A stretch of DNA of 64,000 bases, from contig NW_021835482.1 of assembly GCF_006345805.1 (NCBI RefSeq), forward strand, positions 5,057 to 69,056, given 5' to 3'. Position numbers and translations under genes: made by a program. A model generated the notes under the pieces. That model saw nothing but the letters and a program-made list of their open reading frames with translations. It had not been told where the DNA came from and searched no databases. Within the stretch, counting starts at the first letter, position 1, and each line of letters opens with the position of its first letter. Shown piece by piece: positions 27,280 through 41,899 of the stretch. Source of the DNA: Octopus sinensis (taxonomy: Eukaryota).

Positions 27280-28547
27280 CAGAAGAGACGTCACTCCTAG
27301 CATCCCTCGGTAGTCGTCTTAAACTCGCTGAATTAAACAATATTTTGTTCCTTATTCTGAAGATAGTTGAATTCTGCACTAAATTTCTAAAGAATACCAG
27401 TACCATATTCTAAACATCCCAAATAAAACGATGCTCGGCTCTAAATTCTCTCAGACTGGAATAGTATTATGTCTTAAACTCTAGTTTGCCTAACAAGAAG
27501 GACGCGGTTCAGTCAGGTTATTCACCCTGGATATTCATCTCACCATTAATTTACCAACCCACATCAACTACCACACTCCAGCTGGTAGGGGTTGCCTGCA
27601 ATGATATGGACCAGAGCCCTTCCTCTGATTTAATAATTTAGAAACGGCTCTTTCTCCTTTACATTCCTGGTTCAAACTTCACTAAGGTTCACTTCATCTT
27701 TCATTCTCCTGGGGATCAATATAAAAACCTTCTAAGCTGCGAGTTTGAGATTTTGTGTCTTCGATCGATAGAAACACACGATTTCGCTAAACCCATTAAT
27801 ATATAAAGTTTCATTTTCATCCTACAATTAATTACATTTAATTAACAAGAAAAATAAACAGCATGGATATTAAAAAAAACGTTCATAAACTAATGATTAT
27901 ACAAGAGCTTGGACTAATGAAAAGTTAATGAGATGTGAGCAGTATTTATAATTAAAATAAATACTTGTTAGTGTATAATTTTTCAACTGGCCTTCTGTTT
28001 TTTGCGGACACTGTGTATTAACGGGTTAAATATATCACAACATTTGGAATATTCAGCGACCAAAATTGATATTACATTCTAAGTGAAGATTCAAATTTCC
28101 ATTTATAGTTTTAGATAATATTGATTTCATAGAGAAATCATTACGTTTTGTATAATTGTCAGCGTTTCCTTTAGACCGTTTACATTCTACTAAACACAAG
28201 GTCACCGTTCTATGAAGGTTGGAAATATTTTATCGGCCAAAAATAAACTCTGGTTGTTGACGCTGATGTTGCTGTTGCTGTTGTTGTTTTTGTTGTTGTC
28301 GTTTAACACCAGGTCAGTCTTGATCGAATAGGCCTATGATCAAGAATGCTCCAGCTGTGACCATCCCCTGTTTTTGTTATCTACAAATGGATTTAGTGAA
28401 CTTTTAAAATGTAAGACTGTTAGATGTGAGTGAGATTTGGCTGCTCTTTCTTTTCTAAATGTTCAATATATAGTGCTGCTCCTTCAGCAACCGGCCCCTT
28501 GCGGTTTTTAAAAGCGATTTTCGCATAGTAATATTAGAAATCAAAGA

Positions 28548-29070
28548 TTAAGACGGCGAGCTGTCAGAATCGTTAGCACGCCGGACCAAATGCTTAGCGG
28601 TGTTTCGTCCGTCTTTACGTTCTGAGTTCAAATTCCCTTGGAGGTCGAATTTCCCTTTCATCTTTTCGGGGTCGATAAATTAAGTAGCAGTTACGCACTG
28701 GGGTCGATATAATCGAATTAATCCGTTTGTCTGTCCTTGTTTGTCATCTCTGTGTTGGGGGGGGGGAGTAATAAAGAAATAGGTATTTCGTCTGCCGTTA
28801 CGTTCTGAGATCAAACTACGCCGAGGTCGACTTTGCCTTTCATCCTTTCGGGGTCTATAAATTAAGTAGCAGTTACGCACTAGGTTCGATGTAATCGACT
28901 TAATCCCTCTGTCTGTCCTTGTTTGCCCCCTCTATGTTTAGCCCCTTGTGGGCAATAAAGAAATAGGAATTGTTAGCGCGCCGGGTAAGATGCACATCAG
29001 CACTTCCTCCGTCTCAACGTTCTGATTTCAAATTCCGCCAACGTCGACTTTGCCTTTTAAGGGTCGATAA
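28548..29070 (+). mobile_element. SINE family B with tandemly iterated internal modules, followed by another partial copy
   Basis: Module cgttctgag..gaggtcgactttgcctttcatcctttcggggtc.ataaattaagtagcagttacgcact...taatcc.t.tgtctgtccttgtttg repeated at about 28615 and 28800, partial at about 29015. Confidence 0.9.
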
Positions 29071-29251
29071 GTCGTTGCTCTAAATACTGTAAAGGTCGAA
29101 TGTTTGTCTTTCATCACTTCCATACAATAATTATCAGCGGAAAACTGGGGCCCATGTAATCGAGTTAACCCCACGGCCCGGGCTTGCTGACCCTGCTGCC
29201 AAAATTTGAAATCATTATTATTATTATTACTATTATTATTATTATTATTAT

Positions 29252-29292
<41 letters not shown>

Positions 29293-29386
29293 TTGGCGGT
29301 GGTAGTAATGGTGGTGATAGTGGTGGTAGTGGTGGTGGTAGTGATTGTAGCAGCAGCAACACCAACAGTAGTAGTAGTAGTAGTAT

Positions 29387-29433
<47 letters not shown>

Positions 29434-30069
29434 TAGTAGTAGTAGTAGTAGTTGTAGTAGCAACAGTTGTAGTAGTAGTTTCTGTACCGTTTGCTTTCTG
29501 TTCTCTTCCACTTCATTAACAAACACGTTTCTCTCCGTCTAACTTTGTCTCTCTCTGTGTATGCGTGTGCGCGCGCCTTGTTCTGCCTACGAACCTATGG
29601 ATATGTACGCGTGTGGCAGCGCGTGTGTCTGTGTGTCCGTGGCTGTGTCCCATGTATGTGTACACGTCTCAATCTATGCCGTGTCGGTTTTCTTTATCGT
29701 ATTGATTATAATCATATATTTTCATTTCGCCATGATCGCAAACACGGTCGTCATCGTCGTCGTCGTCCTCAACACCACCATCACCATTATCATCGGCCCA
29801 TCATCATCATCATCATCATCATCATCATGCTTAACATCAGTGATGTAAATAGCATAGTTACCACCTTCTTCGACACCGTAACCATCGCCATAAATAACAT
29901 CTATATCTCCAACATTACTCTTGTTGTTGTTGTTGTTGTTGTTTGTGCAGTTACTCTATTCGTTATTTTATATATATTGTGTTTGCAGCGAGGTGTGAGA
30001 GGATCTGTGTGTCAATGAACTCCCGCTGAATACATTCTGGAAGAAATCAGTGATTTATTGGTGCACAGC

Positions 30070-30200
30070 AGATCGGGATAATTTCTATCGTCAGTCGATG
30101 CAGTCCGAAGCCAACGGAGACTGAAGAAACGGTTCTCCATGCTTACGTTCAGCTTTTGAGCACTGCTGACGCGAGGACCTATAAAGGATGGGGATTAACG
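30070..30200 (+). mobile_element. L1/Tx1-like ORF2 C-terminal zinc-finger region relic
   Basis: CSPKPTETEETVLHAYVQ resembles CxxC...ETVLHAxxxC; short, so uncertain. Confidence 0.4.
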
Positions 30201-30293
30201 CTCGAAGGATGGGGGCCAGGTGGCAGAAAAGAGCCTTCTAAAAAGTAACGAAGTGCCCTACGTTAGTAAGCAGAAACATATAGATAGATAGAC

Positions 30294-30329
<36 letters not shown>

Positions 30330-30435
30330 TGCGAGTGAGAGAGAGAGACGGGAGAGTGATACACAGTTAGAGAAGTGTAGCGAGAGAGAGGTAGATAGCT
30401 TGATAGAAAGAGAGAGAGAGAGGTCGATAGGTAAG

Positions 30436-30501
<66 letters not shown>

Positions 30502-30771
30502 CATACATACATACATACATACATACATACATACATACATACATAGAAAATAAGTGACATGGAAGTAATGCCCGTAAGGAAATTGGATCATAAATGGGGG
30601 TAAATGGCAAAACAGCCTGGGGTGAGACGGGCAAGTTCCTGTTTTGACTGCTGTCGCGGAAGGGCGACAACCCAGAGTACAAAATATCTGATGTTTTAGG
30701 ATTCACAGATCATCCACAAGTGGATAGCGTATACCTTGCGGGCATCTTCCCCTTGCATATGTGCATGTGTG

Positions 30772-30847
<76 letters not shown>

Positions 30848-30879
30848 GTGTGTAGTGCAAAAGTATTAAATAACACTAA

Positions 30880-30990
30880 AACGGGATTTTAAAAATCAAC
30901 GTATATTATATTTATTCTCAGGAAAAGTTGAAGGAAAAGACTTTTTATTTACGTTTGGGGCATTCGCTCTTCTGCAGAAGAAATAGTCAG
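30880..30990 (-). mobile_element. Penelope-type terminal remnant with decayed hammerhead-like motif
   Basis: Minus strand ctgcagaagagcgaatgcccaaacgtaaataaaag; same architecture as 34883-35020. Confidence 0.45.
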
Positions 30991-31774
30991 GCTGGGAACA
31001 AGAGTGGAGACAGACAGAAAAGGACAACCGTATCCCGATTAAATGGACACAGCATGCTGACGTGACCAGCGGTAGGAGGTCGCTAAATAAACGAGAGTGG
31101 CGGGAGGCACAACCATAAGGAAGGTATTAGGACGTGGATGGCAAGAGGGCTTTTGTGACCTGGCACATATATGTGAGAGAGAGAGAGCACGTCGTGTGTG
31201 TGTGTGTGTGTGTGGTGTGTGTGTGTGTGTGTTTTAATGTGGTTTTCATCCTCTGTTGAGTCCTGCTTCACTTTCGTTTCCTGCATATTTATCCGACGCC
31301 GATCTGTTCTGTAATCCTTTTCCTCTCAAAATGGTTTTGCGTTTAATATTGCTGTGACCTTGAGGCCGATAAAAATACTGTTCCTGCACCTACATTTACT
31401 TTATTATTTTGATTACTATTTTGTTTTTCGCTCTTATCATCATCATCACCATCGTCGTCGTCATCAACATCATCATCATCATCATAATTACAATGATCCT
31501 CATTAATATTCATATCGTTGCTGTTGGAATTGTGGTTCCTGTTTTGGCAATTGTTATTAATATTATATTATTATTGCTATTATCATTATCACAGAGAAAT
31601 CATTACCATTATTATTATTATTGTTATTATTATTATTATTGGTAGTAGTAGTAGTAATAGTAGTAGTAGTAGTAGTAGTAGTAGTAGCAGCAGCAGCAGC
31701 AGAAGTAGTGGTGGTAGTGTTATTTTGTTGCTAGTGTAATAGTAGCAGCAGCAATAATAATAATAATAATAATA

Positions 31775-31853
<79 letters not shown>

Positions 31854-32149
31854 TGTAGTAGTACACTCAACCGCTTCATTGTCCTTTTCGTTGTCGTTAT
31901 GATCGCTTTTGTTATCGCGGCTGGTCTTGTTGTTGCTATTGTTGCCGTCTCTGCTCGAGTTCTTGTTGTTGTTGTCGTCGTTCTAATTGTTAATTTTATT
32001 ATTAACGTTGTTGTTGTTGTTGCTGTTATTTCTGCTGCTGCTGCTGCTGCTGTTGGTGAATTATTGAAATTTCTTTTGTGTGGTCGAGTTTTCTACAAGA
32101 ACTCCCTATGGAAATCAAACCAGATGTAGGATGAGAGTTCACCAACGTT

Positions 32150-32201
<52 letters not shown>

Positions 32202-32293
32202 TGTTGTTGTTGTTATGGCTCTTCTTGCGACTGTTGCTCTCATTCTCATTGTTATTGTTGCTTTTGATGCTGCTGTTGTCGTTGCCCTTTTGG

Positions 32294-32329
<36 letters not shown>

Positions 32330-32346
32330 ATATATATTATTATATA

Positions 32347-32381
<35 letters not shown>

Positions 32382-32470
32382 GTATATGTAGGTCTATATA
32401 TTTATACGTAGGTAAATATATATTATATATACATACATACATACATATATATATACATACATATATATAT

Positions 32471-32524
<54 letters not shown>

Positions 32525-32561
32525 CATATATATATATATACTTCTATATATGTATATATGT

Positions 32562-32608
32562 ATATCAACGTTCAATAACAGAACCATTCCGTTATTGAAC
32601 GTTGATAT
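32562..32608. repeat. Perfect 18-bp inverted repeat with 11-nt loop inside (AT)n
   Basis: atatcaacgttcaataac / gttattgaacgttgatat. Confidence 0.9.
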
Positions 32609-32654
32609 GTTCGCGTCTTTTTCTTGGGATGTCTAATATATGTATATATGTATG

Positions 32655-32708
<54 letters not shown>

Positions 32709-33244
32709 GAACACTCACACATACACACACACACCATATATATATGCATATGTATGTATGTATGTATGTATGTGTAAATAATTGGAGTGAGACTGTAAGA
32801 TTACACTAATTCATTCTGATAAATGTGGCAAAAGTTGGTGCAGCTTGGGGAAGGTGGTGCGGATGTGCGGAGGAGCGGTGTCAAGTGTTATGACAGCTGA
32901 GGATGTGATGGTGGTGTATGTTCCGTATAATATACTAGTGTATAACACGAAATAACATGGCGTGTTGCTGTGTAATGGCAAGGTTGTTGCAGAATTCTGC
33001 GTAGTGCGGTGCTATTAGGTGAGGTGTAATTTTGTTGCTTGGCATGAAACAGTTTGGCATGGTACGGTGTTACATTATCGAAAGCGACACGTACTGAGTC
33101 AGGTCTACAGGAATATTGAGGGGGGTGTGGGTAGATTGTGGTACAGAGATGCGATGATATTGGTGGTGTTGGAGTATAAAGATGTCCTACGGTGTTATAT
33201 ATATGCGTGAGTGTGTCCGCATTATAATATGCACATGATAAATG

Positions 33245-33278
<34 letters not shown>

Positions 33279-33341
33279 CATGTTATCATATCTATGGTCT
33301 GAAAAAGAGTTATATATATATATATATATAATATATATATA

Positions 33342-33393
<52 letters not shown>

Positions 33394-33839
33394 TTGCGAA
33401 TTTAGGCTACCATTGGTTTCATCTTTTACCTATCCGTGTGTGATCGGCTTGAAAATTTGCTAAGACCCTAGGATTTTTCCACACTTTTCTTAACATGAAA
33501 CCACAAATAAATTCACAAATAAATAAATCATATCCCCCAATGCGGCATTGAGCACTCATTCTCATCGTTCATCATTTATGAGCTACAAACACTATTCTGC
33601 CATTGATGAGGAACTTTCTGCCACTGTTACACATGTTTAACCTATCTCTCTTCGATGACGGAATATTCAGTATATGAAATCTTCGCGCGACAAGATTTTC
33701 GAACAGGTAGGGCATCCTAGGAACAGCTGCTGATAGAGACTATCTAAACCTTTCTTGCTATTTCTGCAACTGACTTTTATCAACCACAGAAGAATGAAAG
33801 AATGAACTGACAGCAGAAAAAAGAAATAATCCTTTCTCA

Positions 33840-34160
33840 CTATCGGCACAAGGCCTGAAGGTTTGCGGCAGGGACCACGTGATTATAAAGACCCTAGTAT
33901 TTTACTGGTATTTATTTTATTGATCAGGAAAGAATGAAAGTTAAAGCCAACCTCGAGAGAATTTGAACTCAGAACATAATCTCGGAGAAAGTGTCTCTAA
34001 GCACTTTGTCCGGTATGCTACAATATTAGCAATAATTAATTGATATATATACAGGAGAGGCGGCTAGTCATGTACATCGACCTCATTATTCAACTGGTAT
34101 CTATTTTATCAGCCCCGAAAGAATGAAAGGCAAAAATCAATCGCTTAGGAGTTTTACATC
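33840..34160 (-). mobile_element. SINE family B, diverged copies
   Basis: tttattgatcaggaaagaatgaaagttaaagccaacctcg..atttgaactcagaac; second module tttatcagccccgaaagaatgaaaggc. Confidence 0.65.
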
Positions 34161-34481
34161 AAAACAACCGGAACAAAAAAAAAAACTAACGTTAATTAAT
34201 TATGATACTAATGATTATTGTCAGGTGGCTCTTGAATGCTATTGGTAATTATGTAATCCTGCGCAACCTGTTGCATGTTAGGGTTGTCGGTGGTTAAACC
34301 GGTTACCCTAACAAGTCTGCGCAGAAGAAAAATTAGTTGTTTTCGGACAGAATTTTGAATTATTAAACACATCCTGCTTATCACTACAATTATAAGCATA
34401 ACACCTTCTTCCCGGACAAATTTGTAATTCATGTGTGAGTATATATATGTGCATATATATATGTATGTGTGTGTGTGGGTT

Positions 34482-34515
<34 letters not shown>

Positions 34516-34544
34516 CCTGTATCCATACATATACACACATTGCG

Positions 34545-34760
34545 TTCATCTTTTACTTGTTTCGGGCATCTGGCTGCGACCATGCTGGGGCACCGCCTTG
34601 AAGTGATTTTAGAGGAATGGCACCGACCCAAATATTTATCTTTTGACATCTGCTCTGTATTCAATTGATCTCTTTTGCCGGTAATTTATGGGGTTGTAAG
34701 TAATCCAACACTTGCTGTGAAGAAGCAGTAATGGGAGAAACAAACACCCCCCAACAAACA
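34545..34760 (-). mobile_element. SINE family A, 3' part
   Basis: ggctgcgaccatgctggggcaccgcc...ttttgccg...caacac. Confidence 0.65.
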
Positions 34761-34778
34761 CATTTATAGTTACATACA

Positions 34779-34877
<99 letters not shown>

Positions 34878-34882
34878 TATAT

Positions 34883-35020
34883 GTAACGGGAAGCTTTATG
34901 AAAATAAACAAAAGACGAAAGCAGGTGGAATACAAACAAACAATTGTATTAGTATGGCGCCCAGGAATATAAATAAAACAAGTCTTTTACGTTTCGAGCT
35001 TACGCTCTTCAAAAGAAAGG
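34883..35020 (-). mobile_element. Penelope-type terminal remnant in (AT)n with decayed hammerhead-like motif
   Basis: Minus strand tcttt..gaagagcgtaagctcgaaacgtaaaaga: stem gagc/gctc, GAAAC-GUA, flanking tcttt/aaaga pairing. Confidence 0.55.
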
Positions 35021-35573
35021 TATGTATGTATGTGTGTATGTATGTATGTATGTATGTGTGTGTGTATATATATATATTAATATATATAACTATTTATATA
35101 TATATATACATATATATATATCTTTGCCATTCATCCTTCAGCAGGTTTAAGGATGGTGAAACATTTCTTGGACGTTTTCATTCGAGACGTGATTCTCCTC
35201 AATGAATTCTGAACCCAACAGATGGTCAGCTAATACCACCCCATTTACGGTGACTTTCTCACTGTCTCTTCCTCTACTCCCAACACGTATACCCCCTACA
35301 ATGTATAGACAGAAATACGCACAGAGATTGGCTTTCGTACTGGCAAGAATGGATAAACATTCCTCTGTGGTTCGTCCATCGACGCAGTAGCACCTGATGA
35401 AATGAATCAATGAATACGATCAACCGATGCCCACGGATAATGCGGACTATACCGTAATCACCCCAATCATAAGGATTCTGTGGTTCGAAATCATGTGATT
35501 TGTGGAAACGTGCGTAGCGATGTATTAAATATTTTTAAGTTCCATCCTACAATTATTATTATCATTATTATTA

Positions 35574-35631
<58 letters not shown>

Positions 35632-35632
35632 G

Positions 35633-35670
<38 letters not shown>

Positions 35671-35780
35671 TATTATTATTATTATATTATTATTATTACT
35701 ATTATTATATTATTATTATTATATACATTCTTGTACATGTGTGCGTGTGTGTTTGTATATATACATATACATATACATAC

Positions 35781-35844
<64 letters not shown>

Positions 35845-35887
35845 GTACATATATATATGTAATATTAATGACTTACATATACACACT

Positions 35888-35919
<32 letters not shown>

Positions 35920-36374
35920 GGTATATGTATATGTATATACACCCAGAGACACGGCCGTCCGTTTGGTGGTCACGTCCTGGCTATTTCAGCCGCTGCGCAC
36001 AGCGTTCCTTCACTTCATTCTCAATAACATACTGGACGCAATCCAAGCGGCTTCACACAGGGACAGCCAAACCTTTTAATCAAACGAATTAGTATGACTT
36101 GATTAAATTTTCACTAATGAAATGGTTTCTGGATGCCAGACGAGCAAGAAATTGATGCAATTAAAATATATTTGGAAGAAAATTCTCCAAGGTTTATTAT
36201 CAAATATTGATACTGAACACCTTACCAAATTTGTGGCCGTTTCTTCCAATAGACTCTGCCAAGTTTAATAAGGAAATCCATTCCGAAATAACAGGGAAGA
36301 CAGGGGGGGCGGGTGGACTGTAACGTTTTTTAGTTCCTATTGTTGTCTGTTGTTCAATATTTCCTCCACACCTG

Positions 36375-36423
<49 letters not shown>

Positions 36424-36497
36424 TGTGTGTGTGTTCTGTACGTGTGCATGTGTGGTGTTTGTATGCTTATATAATATACACATATAGATAGATAGAC

Positions 36498-36535
<38 letters not shown>

Positions 36536-36781
36536 CATATAAGTATGGATATATAATCTGTATATACAACTGAGTCCTATTATACAACCGGGTCCTATTA
36601 TACAGGTAAACCGTTACGTAATTTAAATTGAAAACCTGTATATATGTGTGGAGCTACGTTGTATCGAAACGTGTGCTCCCTCTTCTTTCTTTTGACTCTA
36701 TCTATTCTTTCCTTTTTACAATCTGTATGTATACATATTTAAATATAGACCTAGGTATACATCTTCAATTATATATTTATG

Positions 36782-36814
<33 letters not shown>

Positions 36815-38682
36815 ATGTGTGTGTATGTATATGTATATGTGTATGTATGTATGTATGTATCTATGTATGTATGTATGTATGCGTGCATGCATGTACATCG
36901 TTATTCAGTTTTATTTCAAAGTTTCTTGCCAATAGAGAAAGAGACCGTTTCTAACCTAGATCCAAGGCTCTCTCATTGGAATTTCAACAACATCATGTGT
37001 TTCTTAAATGAAAAAAGGTTAGATAGAAATTGTTTACATCATGGCGCTGATATTTCTATTTGAGAATGATGGAGGGTTCGATAAAATCCTGGAAGTGAAA
37101 CCTCTTATTAAAAGCTGGAAATAAGTGTGAACGAATCATAATTTTCGCTGCTTAAATCTTAAAGCAACTAGTCAACGGTAACAGTAGCAATTAACCGTAC
37201 ATGCTAGTTAATAAGTTACCGCTCGAACTTAATAGTAGCATTAATATTTGAACTGATACTAAACTCTTTTCTTATCATATTGATTCTTAAATTAACTTTT
37301 TGGTGTTCATTAGATAAAACGTTGACACCAACAGAACTAACGCCTTCCAGACCATTAGCTTCGAGGGGTAAAAGGAACTGCTTTTGTAATTCTTTAAAGC
37401 ATACTAATATTTCCCACCTACACGTGTATGGTATTGTCCATTGACTTAGTATTTCTCTCATCACTGCTTTAGTAAGGACAATGAAATTTCTGCTTCACTG
37501 ATGAGGTATAACAATAATAAAACATGTTCACAATTCTCTCCCCCTCCCAAACTCTCTGAAATACTTAACGTTTCATTAGTTACCGAACTTCTATTGTCTT
37601 CATTCGCATTTATCATAAGCTTTATACCATAGTATTGAACATCTGTAATAAGATTTGTAACACAGTATTAAGTTTGTTAACACCAGCATCACTGTCCGAT
37701 CGTTAAGCCTTTCTCAACTACGTTACCAAATCATCCGTAACAAACTCTACAATTTCCCTGAAATTTAGGGTTTGTTACAAGGTGAAGAAGTATTGATTAA
37801 ACGCATTTCTCATTTCCAGCCTTGCGTTCTTCTCTGGCCGTTTATTACATTCGCGTTTCTATATTTGAAAGATTCACTGAATGTTATCGTTATTCTATTC
37901 TCGTTCTGTACTGAAATGGTGATTCTTCACCTAAAATTTACCTGATATTTAATTAAATAAGTAAATAAACAAACAAATAAATAAGTGAGAATATTTCAGG
38001 TCAAATTTGTTTATTGAAAGGTCAACATTCAACTTTGCTTATGATATTTCTATATAAATTATTGATTTGTTTCTTTTGTTATTGTTGTTGGCGACGGTAG
38101 TGGAGGCGGTGTAGTGAGGTTGCTGCTGCTGCTGCTACCGCTGCTGCTGCTGCTGCTGCTGCTGCTACCGCTGCTGCTGCTGCTGCCGTTGCTACCATTG
38201 TCGCCACTGTCGTCACGCTTCCACTGCTGTTCTTGCCGCTTTTATTTTCTGCTGCCGCCGTTCATGTTTTCCATGTTGCATCAAATAAACCTTAGTCCAA
38301 CAGACCTATAATGAAAAGCGCTCCATTCATGACATTTCAGTCTAGAATATCAAAACTTTACAACATTATTCAATTTGTCTTGCCTTCTTTGAGATAACTG
38401 AGTGTAATATGAGGCATATTTGGCTGCTATTTCTAGCAGGTCAAGTCACCATATAGTCTCTCTTAGATGTTATTGTGGCAACTATTATTGTTATTGATGT
38501 GTTGTTCTTTTGCTTATTGTTGTGGCTTTTGTGTTTGTTGTCATTTTGTAGTTGTTCAACCACGGATCAGGCTTGAAGCCGTGGGACCTCGATCGAAATG
38601 GATTGAAATATGTGATGAACTGAACCACCACCACCACAACAACAACAAGAAAAATTATTAAACTTTAATTGTAATAATTATA

Positions 38683-38890
38683 GTAAGGCGACAAGCTGGC
38701 AGAATCGTTAGCACTCCGGACAAAATGCTTAATGGTATTTTGTCAGTCTGAGTTCAAATTCTGCCGAGGCCGACTTCACATTTCATCCTTTCGGGGTCCT
38801 TAAAATAAGTACCAGTTGAACACTGGGGTCGGTGTAATTGACTTAGCCTCAACACCGATAACTGCTGGCCTTGTGCCAAAATTTGAAACC
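38683..38890 (+). mobile_element. SINE family B
   Basis: aaggcgacaagctggcagaatcgttagcac...ttcatcctttcggggtc..aaataagtaccagttgaacactgggg. Confidence 0.85.
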
Positions 38891-39402
38891 TACTGTCATA
38901 ATAAATTAGCATTACTTAATTAGTCATTTGCAGTCACAGATCGATAATTACTATCAGTTGCTCGAGTGTTAACGTGTTATTGGATGATTTACACATCAGA
39001 AGGTCTCAGTGAATTGGTGGTATTGGTAGAGGGTCGCTGAAACTTCTCGCGGTTGTTACCTACGTCTCTGCATTTCGAATTTAAAACCAAACTGGGGTAA
39101 ATAACATCATTTATTTTTCCGAAATCGATTTAAGAAATTACTAGCTGTTAAGAGTGGCCATCCCTTCTCTTAGACTTAGCGTACCTAGAATTATATAAAA
39201 TACAAGTTGATCGCCCGGAACAATATAATTGACTTACCTGGCCCCTAGAATTGCTGGCCCTGTAACAAAATTTGAAGATATTGCCTCTGTTTAATTATGG
39301 TGACGTGTGAAGAACTCACTGTGTTGATTTTTTTTTTGATTTTTCGGCTGCCAAGAAGCAAAGCAGAAGGACAACGCTGTTATATTCATTAAACTTGTTC
39401 AG

Positions 39403-39497
39403 TGACCTCTCCGCCGAATTCAGTGTTACTGGCATTAACCAACCCGGATTTCCAGGGATTCCGGATTCGAGCAGAATCTACATTATGGACATTGTAG
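39403..39497 (+). CDS. Candidate internal exon (phase 2 to 1): DLSAEFSVTGINQPGFPGIPDSSRIYIMDIV
   Basis: Acceptor ttcattaaacttgttcAG, donor gtaG|GTAAAC, GC-elevated unique sequence, joins 16295-16358 in frame (AG|T = Ser). Confidence 0.55.
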
Positions 39498-39706
39498 GTA
39501 AACTGTGAACACCTACCAGAGATGGGAACGTCAATGGCTTTATGGTAATTAATATCATTATACATAATAATTAACTGATTAAAATTAATTCTCTTCGTGA
39601 TATATTCTGCTCAGGCATAATTGGCGTCCAAATCTAATAATACACACACAAAGATTAAATTATATTGAAGTCGATTCATGTATAAAAATAGACTAAATTT
39701 AATATT

Positions 39707-39785
<79 letters not shown>

Positions 39786-39796
39786 CAGCAGCAGTA

Positions 39797-40335
39797 AATG
39801 AGAGAGCAACACACGCCATCAGAGTGACGCTAGGGTACGAAGCCCAGTATACTTATGATTAATTATCTGATAAGGGTATACCAGCTACATATGTCACAAC
39901 AATATACGTGTGACATGGTGATCTCATATCAAGATAAACACCACATGACCTTGTGTTTATCTCATATCAAGATAAAGAGCACATGCGCAGTTAGAATTTT
40001 TGTTCAGATCGATTAGCCCATTCCGCTCAAACGGTCCCTGAATAAGGGTTGTTTAAGGATGTTGAAAGAACCACCCATGTTTCCAAAGGTGAATTATTCA
40101 AACCCCAAAGAATCCCTCTCAACACTTGGCTATGATGCTACCCCACTACTTCTGCTCATGATCAGAGATGCATATATCATCAGTCACTAAGGGACATGCT
40201 CAACTGATTAAGGTCAAACAACTGACAAGCAAATCTGTGATACTGAGCAGAATATTTGCTGTAACCCACCTTCTACACTAAAACTAAACATGAGATCAGA
40301 AACCATGAAAACCATTGCCTGGTATTTCACCATGG
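39797..40335 (-). mobile_element. Unclassified ~540-bp repeat, copy 2, between (TAG)n and (TAT)n runs
   Basis: Colinear with 21535-22078; carries a short internal duplication of atctcatatcaagataaa. Confidence 0.8.
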
Positions 40336-40336
40336 C

Positions 40337-40445
<109 letters not shown>

Positions 40446-40519
40446 GTTATTATTGTTGCTGTTATTGTTATTGCTACTACTACTACTACTACGACTACTA
40501 CTACTGCTGCTGCTGCTGC

Positions 40520-40960
40520 TACTACTACTGTTTTTAGTATAGGCCTTGACTAAAAATTTGAAGTTAGTATTAGTGCAAAAGCATTACATGGCAATCTAGG
40601 TAGCAATGATGTTGTTTCAAGGTTCGGTGACAACACGTCTCCTCAAATCTCAGAAATATTTCTTTAGAATTCTCTTGAAATCCAGGATGGCACTTTTTTT
40701 GCAGGTCGACATTGCAAGTCTCGGTTTCCAGAATCTTTCGTCATTTTAAGCAGCTGTATGCATGCGGTGTCAAATGCACCAATTGCAACGGTAATAATTG
40801 TCGTATTTGTGTTCCAAAGTCTCGTGGTATCTCCGAAAATATTTCATATGTCAAACTGGTGGATTCCGGGTTTCCAAGATCAATTTCAGGTCAATTGGTT
40901 CAAAATTTTCATGAATTACCGATTGAGTTACAAAACAACTGGAAATGAAAATTTTCCTCG
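40520..40960 (-). mobile_element. R4/Dong-like LINE 3' region and UTR running into (TAG)/(AAT)n
   Basis: Minus strand IHENFEPIDL..ET / TRLWNTNTTIITVAIGAFDT..LQCRPAKKVPSWISR resembles RLWxxKTxIIPVVIGALG...LQKxxLLGTAWILR. Confidence 0.65.
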
Positions 40961-41245
40961 TAAAAAGAATTAGAGACACGAACACATATATGCATGCACA
41001 CACACACACACGCATACACACACACATGCACACACACACAGACACACACACACACACACATATAGATAGAGAGAGAGAGAGAAGGAAAGAGAGAGAGAAA
41101 ATTGCCTGAATATTGGTTATAATTTTCTAAATTAATAATTTAATCTAATCTTAGTAGAATTATTAATAATTTTAAATAGTAAAAAAAAGCTAAACTTGAA
41201 CAATATGCAGGAATTTGCACTGTTAAGAGTAGTTCTGTTCATTAG

Positions 41246-41298
41246 TTGTGACCCCTTCTGGAATCCCTGATAGTTTCAAGACGGCCGAACGTGCTCTG
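41246..41298 (+). CDS. Candidate internal exon (phase 1 to 0): (V)VTPSGIPDSFKTAERAL
   Basis: Acceptor gttctgttcattAG, donor ctG|GTAACA; bridges the phases of the flanking candidate exons. Confidence 0.5.
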
Positions 41299-41899
41299 GT
41301 AACATCAATCATGCAACACATTATCCTAGGCTGTATCTCTCTCTGTCGACGTTTCTAAATCCCATTTGTAAATGCTCATATTCCACTGATTTGTTTTACT
41401 TTGCCGTTTATAAATGCATACATTTTGATATTTAGTTTGGAATATTATCAGCGCCGTTGCTCCCCAGCGTGTAATTGGCTAACGATGTTAAGTGTAAGAC
41501 TACTGATAAATAAATATTGCTATTTTATTTAGCGTAAATGCAATTGTTTAGCGCTATTAGGATATTCCGACATTCGAATGGCTGTAACATTTACTTCACA
41601 GGTCAGGCGGAGATTTTCGTTCTTGCGATGGTTCGGCAAAGCCTGAAGAAATGGTTGGTGATTTTAGTTTATATAATATACTGATTGCGAATAAATTGCC
41701 ATACAATTGAAATATTTGGTTAGTAAATTGTGTAGAACTATCATTAACCACATATCTTCGTTATTATATTCTTTGTATATTCTGTAAATTGTCTGTTTAG
41801 AAGTAACAAAACAAAAACAAAAAAACAAATAGTCCGAAAAGTTTATAAACTCCGTGGATACATTAATAATCTTTTCTACCATAAGTACAAGTCCTGAAA

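Noticed and set aside
35147-35410. 87-aa minus ORF and 62-aa plus ORF in unique sequence
   Set aside because: No motif and no convincing splice context
37216-37464. 82-aa minus ORF in AT-rich unique DNA
   Set aside because: No recognisable domain; length is compatible with chance
39225-39245. acttacctgg resembling the U1 snRNA 5' end
   Set aside because: Downstream sequence does not match U1 and it lies in a SINE B remnant
40705-40948. Cys-rich plus ORF with DSGFPRSIS (hemopexin-like)
   Set aside because: It is the antisense of an R4/Dong-like fragment on minus
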